A stretch of DNA of 63,570 bases, the filler included, from Craspedostauros australis (Eukaryota): the NCBI GenBank assembly GCA_030167865.1. It is 13 parts of 13 records of this genome, joined end to end, with 100 filler letters (N's around TTAATTAATTAA, not from the genome) between each part and the next. Parts side by side here need not be neighbours in the genome. Positions count along the whole stretch, not along the records: positions 7,057 to 12,977 come from JALAGF010004886.1; positions 13,078 to 19,873 come from JALAGF010004887.1; positions 19,974 to 22,275 come from JALAGF010004888.1; 10 more parts are not named here. One strand, given 5' to 3'. Positions 10,721 through 22,375 of the stretch are shown piece by piece (within the stretch, counting starts at the first letter, position 1; the number at the start of each line of letters is the position of its first letter). The position numbers and the translations under genes were made by a program. The notes under the pieces are model-generated. The model was not told the origin of the DNA. It did no database searches and saw nothing but the letters and a program-made list of their open reading frames with translations.

Positions 10721-11099
10721 CTTTGCTTGTTGAGGGTGACAGATCAATGGAGTGGCTCACGGTCAATCTCCTGTTGATGGGGCAAGTGATTCTGGCTCAC
10801 ACAGGTGATGCAATTGGTTTGTCTTTGCTTGTTGTGGGCGAGAGATCGATGCAGGGGATCGCAGTCAATCTCCTGTTGATGCTCAAGTGATTCCAGCTCG
10901 CAAGGGCGATGCAATTGGTCTGTCTTTGCTTATTGTGGGCGAGAGATCGATGGAGTGGCTCACAGTCAATCTCCTGTTGATGGGGCAAGTGATTCTGGCT
11001 CACACAGGTGATGCAATTGGTCTGTCTTTGCTTGTTGTGGGCGAGAGATCGATGCAGGGGATCGCAGTCAATCTCCTGTTGATGGGGCAAGTGATTCTG
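10721..11099 (+). repeat. Tandem array of 101-102-bp units (about 3.7 copies, alternating A/B variants) upstream of the recombinase
   Basis: Units start CTTTGCTT at 10721, 10823, 10924 and 11026. Shared core GTCAATCTCCTGTTGATG..CAAGTGATTC. Truncated by the LTR at 11100. Confidence 0.92.
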
Positions 11100-12065
11100 T
11101 GTTGGGAATCACAGATACTACAAAACTGCATGAAGATCAGCAGCAAGTTAATGGCACACCGAATGAAGATCAGCAGCATGTCAGTAGCACACGACATGAA
11201 GACAATTGTAAAAGTGGAACAATGAATGTAGAGTATGAATGCAAAAGTGGAGATGGGAAATTGTGTGACAAGATGGAAATCTTGGTCTCATAATTTGCCA
11301 TCGAGAACAACAAACAAGAACAACAACAAAACAAAATAAAAATACAGCACAATTTGTGTGAAACAAGGACTCTCAATTTACGCCAAGTGGATTTCTTAAC
11401 ACACTTCGAAGTGGCAGAAAAGAAACCACTTCAGGACAGACAAGATCAGCCCAAGACAGTTGGAAGCTGAGCAGGGATTGTAACTGAACTGACATCAGTA
11501 CAGATCCAGAACGAGAGAGAGAGAGAGAGACAGTCACATCTGAATTGATCTGAATACAAGATCAGACAACAGGAAAGAGGAGTACCCAAGAGAAGCTGGC
11601 ACTTCACTGAAAACAAGTCAGTGAGACAAAGAGAAGCAAGCAATCAACTGAACAAGTCAGTGAGCAAGCAGGAGGTAAAGAATCGAAGCAAGACTGCAAG
11701 TGATCAACACCATGACGACTGAAGCATCTACGACAGGAGAAACATCTCTCTGTGTGATTCTATTCGATGGAAAGCAGGATGGTTGGCGTTACTGGGAGAT
11801 GCGCTTCATGGCGAAGGCATCATCGCTGGACCTGGACGACATCTACCTTGGGATCGATGAAATCCCAATTGCAGCGATGGTGAAGCTCTCAGCATCAACA
11901 GCAGAGACCAAGGCGGACTACAAGAGGGCAAAGAAGGCCTTCAACTTCTTGCTGATGTGTATCGACGCTTCAACTGATGCCGGAAAGGTAGCCGCAGAGA
12001 TCTTCAACAACTCACGAAACAACGACCATCCAACCGGCAACACGAAGCAGGCTTGGGACAGCCTC
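11100..12065 (+). mobile_element. Copia 5' LTR (11100-11458) plus truncated gag (11712 to about 12065)
   Basis: LTR ends TGTTGGG...CCCAAGACA, and a homologous LTR lies at 14360-14675(-). Gag N-terminus reads LFDGKQDGWRYWEMRFMAKA...KQAWDSL. Confidence 0.75.
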
Positions 12066-12193
12066 CATCCAGTATCAAGCCATCCCAGCTTGAGTCCATC
12101 CAATATCAAGCCATCCCAGCTCGTCTCCGTCCAGTATCAAGCCATCCCAGCTTGTGTACAGTCACCACTGACCATCCCAGCTTGAGTTCATCC
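12066..12193 (+). repeat. 31-bp tandem repeat (about 4 copies) upstream of the second recombinase
   Basis: CATCCAGTATCAAGCCATCCCAGCT core at 12066, 12097 and 12128, plus a degenerate fourth copy. Confidence 0.88.
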
Positions 12194-12277
12194 ACCTTCA
12201 TCCCTACCACCCTGGAACCAGCCAGGTTGCTTCTATCCAATAGCAACCAACAGGCACATTTCAATCCAGAAGTCATC

Positions 12278-12977
12278 ATGGCACAACAAAACAACACTGC
12301 CACTATGGATGTCACTGATGTGCCACCAGACCAGAGGCTTCCAGGTACAGATGATATGCTCAACTTCTTCAATACAGTGATGCAAAATCCTCAGATGTAT
12401 CTCACACCCAAGGAGAAACAAGAGCTGAACAGAATGGAGAAGCTAGTGGATGCTTTCTTCGTTCACACCAGTCAAGAAGATGAAGACCAACCAGATGACA
12501 GGCCAGACCACGACCCAGCCAGAGAACCAATGGACTTCACCCTACATGAGACCTGGGAGGCAGTGTTCCCTGGAGATTACCTGGGAGCTTGCCTTTCCCT
12601 GTACATCACATGGGCTGTTCTCTACAGGGTTCCAACCATCAGCCTCCACACCATTGTGGCCAAGGATGCAAGGAGGGCTTATAATGAGATCCACAAGAGG
12701 TTCCCCTCCTGGAGCAATATCCACAACGCAGCTACAGGGCTCACGGCACTGTCTGAAAGCTCATCTACATTCTCCATCATCTACCACAACCTCAAACGAA
12801 TCAACATCAGACCAGCCCAGAATGTCCAGAGATCAGAGCCCCTCACTTGACCAGACATCATGAGGCTCCAACAAGCTGCACCACCCACCCCAACTGGTTG
12901 CAGGGATATTGCTTTGCTCTTCTTCCTATTTGAAACTGGAGCAAGAGGCAAGGCAGCAGTCGGCAAGGCTATGAAGT
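12278..12977 (+). pseudogene. Second Crypton-like tyrosine recombinase, 5' part, with an in-frame stop at 12848-12850; truncated by the contig end
   Basis: Co-linear with the 8791-10644 protein (PKEKQEL.RM.KL.D.FF, TWE..FP.D.LG.CL.LYITW, NLKRI.IRP..NVQR). After the stop it continues GCRDIALLFFLFETGARGKAAV, retaining the catalytic R. Confidence 0.8.
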
Positions 12978-14359
12978 NNNNNNNNNNNNNNNNNNNNNNN
13001 NNNNNNNNNNNNNNNNNNNNNTTAATTAATTAANNNNNNNNNNNNNNNNNNNNNNNNNNNNNNNNNNNNNNNNNNNNTGCCGATGATCGGATCGTCAACC
13101 AGCACGGACAGTGCCTCCGCAGCACTCTCGAAGACGAACATGATGGCTGCGCACAGAATAAGGTGTGTGCCGAATGCTTCCCACGGCAAGCCGTGGATGG
13201 CGTATGCTGGAATTAGGAGGGAGAAGATCGCAAAGAGGATAAAGATGGGAACGACGAGGATGGACTTGACCATGACGTAGGTGGCTGCGGAGACCATTCC
13301 ATTCTGCGATTCTTGTTGGATGGACTTGAACTCATTGTTTAATGCGTACACCGCGACGATTCCCACTGTTCGCGTTCAGATCATATGGAATGCAGCAGAG
13401 TAGAGTAGGCACAGAGTAAATTAGAGTAGAATGGAATAGAGTAGGCAATGTGAGCATCATCATCGTTGCCGCCCTATTCGTACATAGTCGTTGGCGTGCG
13501 CATATTGGCAGTTGCAATAGAAAGCGAAAGATGCACAAAAGATATGTTGTGTCTCGGTTTCCATCTCAGTTCATTTCATTTTGTTTCTTCGCTTCGGGCC
13601 ATCCACCACGTACTGTTGGTCGAGATGCTCACGAACCAGAGCTGGACCCACATCTTGTTGTACAGCTGATCGAACTCGTTGTCTTGGGCATTCCAGAACA
13701 CGAAGCTAATCACTGTGCTCATCATGAGGAAGATGAGGCAACGCCCGAGATACAAGATGGGATTACGGCCGATCAATAGCAGATGGCGTTTGAACGTGAT
13801 GCTGATTTCTGTCATGAAGCTGGTGCCTTGGGTCTTCCCCACGCCTGCCGCTTCGTCGTCGTCGGCATCATTGTCAATTAGCTCTGTGTCATGAGTCGAA
13901 CCTCTGTGGAACAACGCATTCTTCGACTTGTGCTGGTCCCAAAGGTTGAGCATGTGCTCCGCTTCTTCGTCACCAGAGAAGTCAGAATTGACCAGATCAA
14001 GGAAGTGATCGGCTGGGTTGGTGGCCTCTGGGAGTGGAAATCCGATGCGATCGAAGCATGGCGTCGCTTCATTGACATCACCCGAGAAGGCTTGGCGTCC
14101 ACGACTCATGATCATGACCTGATCGAATCCGTTGAAAGCCTTGGTGGATGGCTGATGGATGGTGCACACGATGATGAGGTTCTTTTCCTTGGCAACGCGC
14201 GAGCTTCTTGTAGGATGTTGGCTCGTCAAGGAAGAGCACGGTTGGCTGTTTGACGAGTGCCACAGCGATGCTGAGACGTCTCTGCTGCCCACAGCTGGGA
14301 CTCGCACAACGGGTGTCAGCACAAATGGCGAGGCCTATCTTTTGGATGATTCGATCAAC

Positions 14360-14675
14360 TGTTCCGGGGATGGTATCTGCAAAGAAATCCGCCTGCCGTA
14401 AATTCAGAGTCCTTGTTTCACATCAATTGTGCATTATTTTGTGTTGTGTTGTTATCGTTTGTTGTTATTGATGGCGAATTGTGGGGCCCAGATTCCCATC
14501 TTGTCGCACAATTTCTCATCTCCCTTTTTGTATTCAAACTTCGCGTTCAACGTTACTGCTTGTACACTTCTCTTCAAGTGGTGTGCGACTGACATGCTGC
14601 TGATGTTCATGTCGTGTGTTACTGCCATGCTGCTGATGTTCACGGTTCCATAGTACGTGTCTGTGATTCCCAACA
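14360..14675 (-). mobile_element. LTR of the same family as 11100-11458
   Basis: Reverse complement starts TGTTGGGAATCACAGA and aligns with 11100-11400. Ends ..GGAACA. Preceded by purine-rich GGAAGGG. Confidence 0.75.
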
Positions 14676-15286
14676 CCCTTCCGAGCAGGTGGAGAAGGGC
14701 AATGGGTCAATCGTCAATCTCTCTCCCACATGTATTCAGCGATTAGCGCAACGCTATTTCTGAAACAAGTGACGCCTGTCGACCAATCAGAAAATAGTCT
14801 ATTTCCCGTTTCTCCGCTGCTGAACGGGAATCTTGATGCGACATGACGTCATGTCATTCTTGTGTCGCACTTCGTATCACATGAATAGTTTTCCCTCCGT
14901 TCAGTTTTCGGATGGCGTGGGACCAATTTTCTTACCCATCCTGAATTCTGAGAAGGAGCTTCCATCCAATTAGGACAGACTCCGGTCTTGGCCAATAAAT
15001 GTGAATGGATCCAGGCCTTCTCAACATGGAAGACGATCAATCGTATGATCGTTCTACTAGCAACATCGTGAGGAGTTGCCCTCCACAACATGGCGTATCG
15101 CGGTGCTTTTTTTCTGACTTTTGCAAATCTTAACTCACGCAGTAACATGCGCAGTTGTCGTGTTGTCTCTGTGTTAGATTCCATCTGAATATGCATGAGG
15201 CCTGCAAGCCCTCCCTCATGCTCACAGTTCCAAGAGCTCAATCTTTGGAGCTCGACAGCATTCTTCCTACTCAAACAAAGAACCAC

Positions 15287-16114
15287 TGTTGGAAATCCGG
15301 GGTGGTGTGATAGTAGAAAGCTAATCGTTTGTTAGAATCTACTTCTCTGAACTGTGAGCTCTTCATTGCTCTCAATTGCAAAGTCCAATCTCCTCCTGAG
15401 ATTGCCATGGGTCCCTCTGTTGGTCTAGCAGGCATTCATCTTGCATTCATCGCAAATTCATCATGGACATGCATGCACCACCGAGTACCCAATGTTCGTG
15501 CACATTAGCACGTTGTCCTCCGCTGATAGTTTCGATGCCTTAGACATCACCGAGTCGTAGGCATGACACTGATCGGCTCATTCGGTTGGATCACGGTCTC
15601 CCATGCGTTGCGGGAACGCCTTGGTTGGGAGCTCGTCCACCTCCTTGATCATCAGACATCTCCGATCATCTCCGATCGATTCTGGTCGACTCCGATCGTT
15701 TCTGATTGTTTCTTCGCCGATCACTTCACCGGCTTCCTGGAAGTTCCTCATACCAGGTTCGTTCACAAGCCATCTCACACTTCGTGATGTTGGCCTTCCT
15801 CCAGTCCTCGTTTCTCATTGGTTGCGACATGGGGGCCGTAGTCGCTCGTGTCGTGATGTTGGTCACGGTTCCAACATCCCCGCCCCCTGCGACATACACG
15901 TGTGATTCGCATTCCTGCATTGGAGTCATGAACGTCAGGCATGGTTCGCATTCGGCACGTGACGTTCTTCACCGCGAGTTACGTGCAGCTCACATTTTTC
16001 TGTGTCACAATGATCAAACGTGGGAGTTGCGGTAATGTAGAATATCCCGACGTTCGGCTCCTTACTCTTGGGAGGTGCGGCAATATGGTGTTTCAGAACA
16101 CCCAATTCCTGACA
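15287..16114. mobile_element. Solo LTR-like element (828 bp) with 6-bp TSD AACCAC
   Basis: TGTTGGAAATCCGGGG...CCCAATTCCTGACA, with AACCAC at 15281-15286 and 16115-16120. Homologous to 16948-17869. Confidence 0.85.
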
Positions 16115-16947
16115 AACCACATTAGCAAACAACTTCCTCACCAACAACTACGAATTGATCACTCTGCGTTTTCAGTGCAGTATCCTACCCATATTCGATT
16201 TCGGTCTATCAATGGTCTTTCCCACACCAGAAGGCCCCATAATGGCCAAGCCTTGGCTGTGTTTGACTTTGCCACTGGCATACTTGAGGATGTGCTTCTT
16301 CTTGTTGCCAGTCCCGATGACGAAGTCGATATCGTGGAACTTGAACACAGACGATCCCTTGAGATTGGATGAGGTCTTCGATGCTTTGGTGTCAACCACC
16401 CTCTTGCTTCCATCAGAGGAGGCCATGGGAACCTCAACGTTGGCGACTGTCTCTTCATAACTTTCGTTGCTGGGTGTCATGTTTGTCGGTTGGTAATACG
16501 AGCAGTCTGCCTATCGAGAATTGATGTGCACTGTTGTGAATTGTTGTGAATTGTTGTGAATTGATGGTTGGTTCGGTTGGTTGGCTTGCTTGAGCTTTGG
16601 ATTGCATTGTTATGAGCTGGTTCGAATGTGGAGCGTTGGCTTCGAACGCCTGGTGCAAAGTCGTTGAAGGTTGCAACGTGCCAATGGTGAAACATCCTTG
16701 AATCATCCCAGACCAGAGAAAGTACCAATACTCGCAATGCGTGCTGTGGCATAGCGATTGGATGGCGAGGAGATGGAGAAGACGCTGATGAGATGGGGAA
16801 GAAAAGTGGAGATGCCTTCTTTCATCCGAGAAACATGAAGACGGTTGATCTCACGATCATTCTTGAACAACCAAGAAGTTCGTTCAGCATGGCAGAACAT
16901 CACTCTGATTCCGATGCCTGCTTGGTGTAGAAGAGGATAGTAGAGTA

Positions 16948-17869
16948 TGTTGGAAATCCGGGGTACCCCAGTCTCTAGTAGTAGTCTCTGGTTACCTATT
17001 CCTGTTATTGCATTGTTGGAACTGTGAGTACAACATCTTCATCACTTTCAATTCCGTTTGCCAAAGCATACATAATCCATAGTAGCACACAGTCTTGCCC
17101 TTGCTCATGCAGTGCTGTCCTCCTGCTTCATCATGTCATGCAGCATGTACTCCATGTACATCTCATCTTGCAGTATTGGTTCATCTCATCATGCATTTCA
17201 TCATGCATCTCAGATATTCCATCTCCTGCCCTCTACCGATAGTTTCGTTAGCATAGACATCACCGAGTCGTAGGCATCATACAGCTCGGTCCATTCGATC
17301 GGATCAGGGTCTCCCATTCGTCACAGGAGCACCCTGGATGGGAGCTCATTCAGCTCCTCATCATCACACATCTCCGATCATCTCCAATCTTCTCCGATCG
17401 TTTCTCCCATTACTTCGCCGATCACTTCACCGGCTTCCTGGAAGTTCGTCATCACTGGTTCGTTCACAGGCCATCTCACACTTCGTGACATTGGCCTTCC
17501 TCCAGTACTCTTTTTCATTGGTTGCGACATGGGGGCCGTAGTCGCTCGTGTCGTGATGTTGGTCACGATTCCAACATCCCCGCCCCCTGCGACATGCACG
17601 CGTGATTGGCATTCCTGCATTGAGGTCACGGACACCATAGTCCGGTTCGCATTCGGCACGTGGCGTTCTTCACCACAAGACGCGTGTAGCTCACATTTTC
17701 TGTCACAAAGATCCACAGGTGGGAGTTGCGGTAATGTAGCATTTCATGACATTCGACTCCTGACTCCTGACTTATTGGGAGGTGCGGTAATGCAGCATTC
17801 CACGATGCTCAACTCCACACTCTTGGGAGGTGCGGCAATTTGGTGTTTCACAACACCCGATTCCTGACA
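16948..17869. mobile_element. Solo LTR-like element (922 bp) with 6-bp TSD AGAGTA
   Basis: TGTTGGAAATCCGGGG...CCCGATTCCTGACA, with AGAGTA at 16942-16947 and 17870-17875. Confidence 0.85.
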
Positions 17870-18853
17870 AGAGTACGATTTATGTGCGTATGGTGGTATG
17901 TCACACAAGCAAAACGCAAGAGAAGCGCAATCATCCAGGTTGTGGCAATGATGATGGAAGGACTGTCACTGCCACCACTGCCAAGAACTTAGCATCCAGA
18001 TGTCGCTACTGTTGTCTTGTTTCCCTCCGACATGTTCGTGGAGGCAAACGGGATTGGAACACGAAGCGACGTCACACATTATGCCAATTAATCTTCCAAT
18101 ATACCTTTCCGATATCGCCAACGATACTTCCAAAACTATACGTGGTCGTTTGATATTTGCATACGGACAACATTCGCATGTTCGTTTACGAACTCATGTC
18201 TGTCCGCTTGAGTCAATGCCCGTTAAATACTGTCTGTATATCACTTGGAATGAACATGTCTGTGTGAAGAGGCATGTTTGTTCAGTTGCATGTGGCTGTT
18301 TGCCAGTGGGTTGAGTGTGATACAGTCGTGGATAATAGGTCTTGTGTGAGGAACATCTCGTCGGATGGTGTGGGTGTGCGGCCGCTGTGGTATCTTGTGA
18401 TTCGAACTGGGACGCTTCTCTTGTTGTTGGTTGGGGGCGCATCCGGTTGAGCGTCGTCAACTTCGGTATCAGAGGACCGCCATCACGAATCATTCCAAGA
18501 TGTTGGGATGCTGAGAGAGCACCGCCAGGAGGCACAGTTCCTGCGTGGAAAGCATGAAACATCTACACACAAGATGTGATCTGGCATCTCACATGGGCAC
18601 TACTACATAGAATAGTACTCGCAGATGGCGGAGGAGGGTCGAGCAGTACATGGATGTCATCCCGTTGGTGTAGTCACATTGGAATGCAACCAGATGCATT
18701 CCTTGTTGATGTGATCACAAAATGTGAAGCCAACGAATTGGAAACGAAGAAACAACATCGACACCGAGTGCGTAGGTACAGGATCGCGTATATTTGTACA
18801 TTCCGTATTCACGCTCTGTGTTCACACTCCGTGTTTGCGCTCAGCGTTGGCCG

Positions 18854-19816
18854 ATGACTTCTCAAGCCACCACCATTGCGAGGACATGGCACCGATGCGA
18901 TATCCCTTCCATTTCTTGCCGAAGGATATCGTTCGTGCTTGCGTTGCTTCTCACATTCACACCAATGGCATTGTCCTTTGCACAGTTGCAACACTCTCTG
19001 TTCCTCAAACCGTCCTTGCCCCCGACATCTTCTGTGGCTCCGTCATACCACTGCCACCATCGTCGCCGCCATGACCATCATCAACAGCAGAAACAGGAGC
19101 AGACGCACAAGCAGACGCAGCAACAACGCTGGAAGAGTTCCACCACCATACGTGCCAAACAGGATCCAACCATGAAAGATTCGTACCAAACCAGCGTTCA
19201 GCAGCACCCCGCGACGCGTTCGCCATCAAAGGCATCCCCCCGACCCCCGTTCATGGTCGGAGCCACCGTGGCCGATCTCTTCTCGTCGCCACCATCCTTG
19301 GCAGTTGTGTACCAAACAATCGGGACAGCCTACGATGTCTCCAGCGCTGCCGGACTTGTCGCCGGCTCGCTGATGCACATGGGTGGCTTCCGACCGTACC
19401 CATCTTTTGCTGCAACGGTGGGAACCGTCACGCTTGCAACTGGGTTCACCTGCATGATGTTGGCAGAAGCGAAGCTGATCTGGATGATCCAACAGAATCC
19501 CGATCCCAACGAAGAACAACGCGCCAATTCGAGCGGCATTCTCAGCGGGCATTCAGGCAACATTCCATGGACCACCCATGCGCTTCAACAGCGAGCGGAG
19601 GAGATCCGGAATGACTTTGACATCCGGCTGCTTGATTTGAGTGTTTGGAGCGGGTTGGGTGTGTCAGCACTCACGATGGCCGCGACCAAAGGAGGCCCAA
19701 CGGCGATGGCATTGTCCCCTGGTAAATTGGGAGTGTTGCAAGGATTGAGCCTGGGGTCGGGCATTGGTGGCCTTGCAGCGCTCAGTGTGATCGCGGCTTA
19801 CAAGTTGAAGGCGTAG
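18854..19816 (+). CDS. Hypothetical membrane protein, possibly plastid-targeted
   Basis: About 320 aa. Hydrophobic signal (ISFVLALLLTFTPMALS|FA) followed by an S/P/H/R-rich transit-like stretch and 3-4 Gly-rich hydrophobic helices. Confidence 0.55.
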   Translation: MTSQATTIARTWHRCDIPSISCRRISFVLALLLTFTPMALSFAQLQHSLFLKPSLPPTSSVAPSYHCHHRRRHDHHQQQKQEQTHKQTQQQRWKSSTTIRAKQDPTMKDSYQTSVQQHPATRSPSKASPRPPFMVGATVADLFSSPPSLAVVYQTIGTAYDVSSAAGLVAGSLMHMGGFRPYPSFAATVGTVTLATGFTCMMLAEAKLIWMIQQNPDPNEEQRANSSGILSGHSGNIPWTTHALQQRAEEIRNDFDIRLLDLSVWSGLGVSALTMAATKGGPTAMALSPGKLGVLQGLSLGSGIGGLAALSVIAAYKLKA

Positions 19817-19973
19817 CAAGTGGTGGGAGAAGAGCACATGGTGCATGGTGCGAGCACGATCTACCAATAGTCTNNNNNNNNNNNNNNNNNNNNNNNNNNN
19901 NNNNNNNNNNNNNNNNNTTAATTAATTAANNNNNNNNNNNNNNNNNNNNNNNNNNNNNNNNNNNNNNNNNNNN

Positions 19974-22275
19974 TGTCCCAGCCGTCGTCGTCTGGACGCG
20001 CTGGATGGATCTTCAATCCATAGTCCTTTGTATCGATCACATACTTGATGATCCAATTCATCTCCTTCATTGCGGCCTTGGTGGGCCCGATCAATACCTT
20101 GGAGAGTTCCCTCACAGGGTTCGCGATGTCTGGTCGCGAGTGCTTGATGAGGAAGAGTAGCATACCGACGCCTCGGCGGTATTCGGCATGTTCTTCCGGT
20201 CCAACCTTCTGTAGTCCGTTGTCTTTGGATGGTCGTACAATGATTTGACCCGGGGTTCCCGGTGTCCCATAGCGTTGCATCTTCTCAACCTTGGTTCCGA
20301 ACTCTTCGATGAGNTGTNGGATGAGNTGTGGTTGACGCAATGTCGCTCTAGTCTTGTCATGGTTCAGTTCGATGTTGCAGCTGAGGTAGTCTCCAAGTCC
20401 TCGCTCGATTGTTACCTTGAACTTGCTGCCTTGGATATCCTTCAGGAATGTCTCCAATGCCTTGGAGTCTCCACAGCAGAAGCAATCGTCCACGTAGATG
20501 GCCACGATCATGCTTCCTTCATTCGTCTTTCTGTAGAACAGGCACGGGTCTGCTGCGCTCTGTTCGAAATTGATATTCTTGAGGGTCGATACCAACATCT
20601 TGAACCATTGCCTGGCGCTCTGCACAAGTCCGTAGATTGGCTTNNNNNNNNNNNNNNNNNNNNNNNNNNNNNNNNNNNNNNNNNNNNNNNNNNNNNNNNN
20701 NNNNNNNNNNNNNNNNNNNNNNNNNNNNNNNNNNNNNNNNNNNNNNNNNNNNNNGCAGTCCATCTTCTTGATCAGCATGATCACCATCATGACCCGATAG
20801 GTCACGTCATGGATGACGGGTGAGTAGTGCTCTTGGAAGTCTACTCCTGCGATTTGTGAGTAGCCACATGCAACGAACCGTGCTCGATGTGTGCCGTCAC
20901 GCTTCAGCTTGAAGACCCATTTGCACTTGCAGCATCTGCGGCCGCGTGGGATGGCGTCTTGTTTGATCTTGCTGTACACCTTTTGTGTGTTCATGGAGTC
21001 GAACTCCTTCTTGATGGCTGCTCGATATCCCTTTCGATGGATGGGATCTGGATGATTGAAGGCTCCATCGAATGTTGTTGGTTCGATGTGCTTCTCTGAT
21101 TCTTTGTTCTCGTCCTGCATCGACAATCCGATGTCGATCATTGGTGCCTCGGTGATGATTGCGTTCATCCCATATAGTCCAGTTGTGCTATGATGAGTGA
21201 TCTCGATCTCTTCTTCTTCGTCTATGATTTCTTCGTCATCTGTAGTTTCGTTGTTGGACTCGTCGGTTATCTCATCGCTCAGTTCGTCACTATCGTCATT
21301 GGATGATGACTTGCTCTCATAGCCTTCCTCCTTTCGACCTCGTTCGTTGAAGTCTGCGAGCTCACACAGAGCTCTGGGAATACTCTTCCCTGTAGTTGGC
21401 TTAGGATTAGCTTCTCCCTTCCTGTCTCGTGCTTCATGACGTCGGATTCTCTCCTTTCTAGCTATGTCACGCTTGCTTGGTTTGTTGGGTGGAGGTCTGG
21501 ATGGTACGTTATGTGTAGACTTCGCTGGTGTATTCGGAGGAGTGACGCCTGTGTCATCGTCGGCTTCGTCGCCGGATGGTATGATCTCGTCATCCTCATG
21601 ATTGGATTCGCTCCAATTTTCCTCGTCGTTGTGGATTAGTTGGGTTACTGCTCCATCGTCCTCATCATCCTCATCGTCGCTGTCCGATAGGATATAGTAC
21701 CTGTTGCTGTCAGCAAAAGATACTCTCTTTGCTTCTGATGCTTGACGCATTGCCGTCCTTGGCATTGCTCCCTTCCGTCCGATGGTTGTAAAGCCGTCTG
21801 CGTCCGTTGTTCCTACTTCGTTGGATATGTTCGGTGCTGGTGCCCAGCCACGGAACTGTCCGTATGATTGGTTGAGTCACTTGATATCGCGTGAGCAGAT
21901 CAGTGACTTGGTCGATGGTCTGTACATGTTGTAGACCCCTGATGCATGTTGGTGTGCACACCCAATGAATACCATCTCTTCTCCTCTATTCTTGAGTTTG
22001 GCGGTAATCCCGCCATAGGTAGTCTTCACAACACCCACCTCTCCAAACGTGCGGAGTGCATCCGCATATGGTGGATCGCTGCCAAAGAATTGTCGATGTG
22101 GTGACTCCTTTTGATTCTTCGCTACGGTGATGTAGGCGATGGCAGTGGCAGTGTTCGCAGCAGCTGCCCACAGGCCATGCCTATATTCTTTGTCGAGCTG
22201 TGCTCCATTGAGCATGGAGCGGATCTTGGTATAGAGGTACGCGAACTTGCGTTCCACTCTGCCGTTCTGTTGCGG
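19974..22275 (-). mobile_element. Ty1/Copia pol fragment (integrase-RT), degenerate
   Basis: PQQNGRVERK, LWAAA, ICSRDIK* (W to stop), KWVFKLKRDGTHRARFVACGYSQ, IYGLVQSARQW, YVDD, RPDIA. Confidence 0.95.
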
Positions 22276-22375
22276 NNNNNNNNNNNNNNNNNNNNNNNNN
22301 NNNNNNNNNNNNNNNNNNNTTAATTAATTAANNNNNNNNNNNNNNNNNNNNNNNNNNNNNNNNNNNNNNNNNNNN

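Larger units (their letters stand above)
13078..16480 (-). pseudogene. ABCG (White-type) half transporter disrupted by nested LTR insertions and a frameshift
   Basis: Walker A GPSGVGKT (about 16215-16240), degenerate signature PSCGQQRRLSIA, Walker B LFLDEPTS, CTIHQPS, NPADHFLDLVNSDF, then ABC2 membrane domain with an intron at about 13367-13614. Interval 14360-16211 is inserted DNA. Confidence 0.88.

Noticed and set aside
10721..12193. Repeat arrays as CRISPR-like arrays
   Set aside because: The variable parts are short and recur rather than being unique spacers, there are no cas genes, and the context is eukaryotic.
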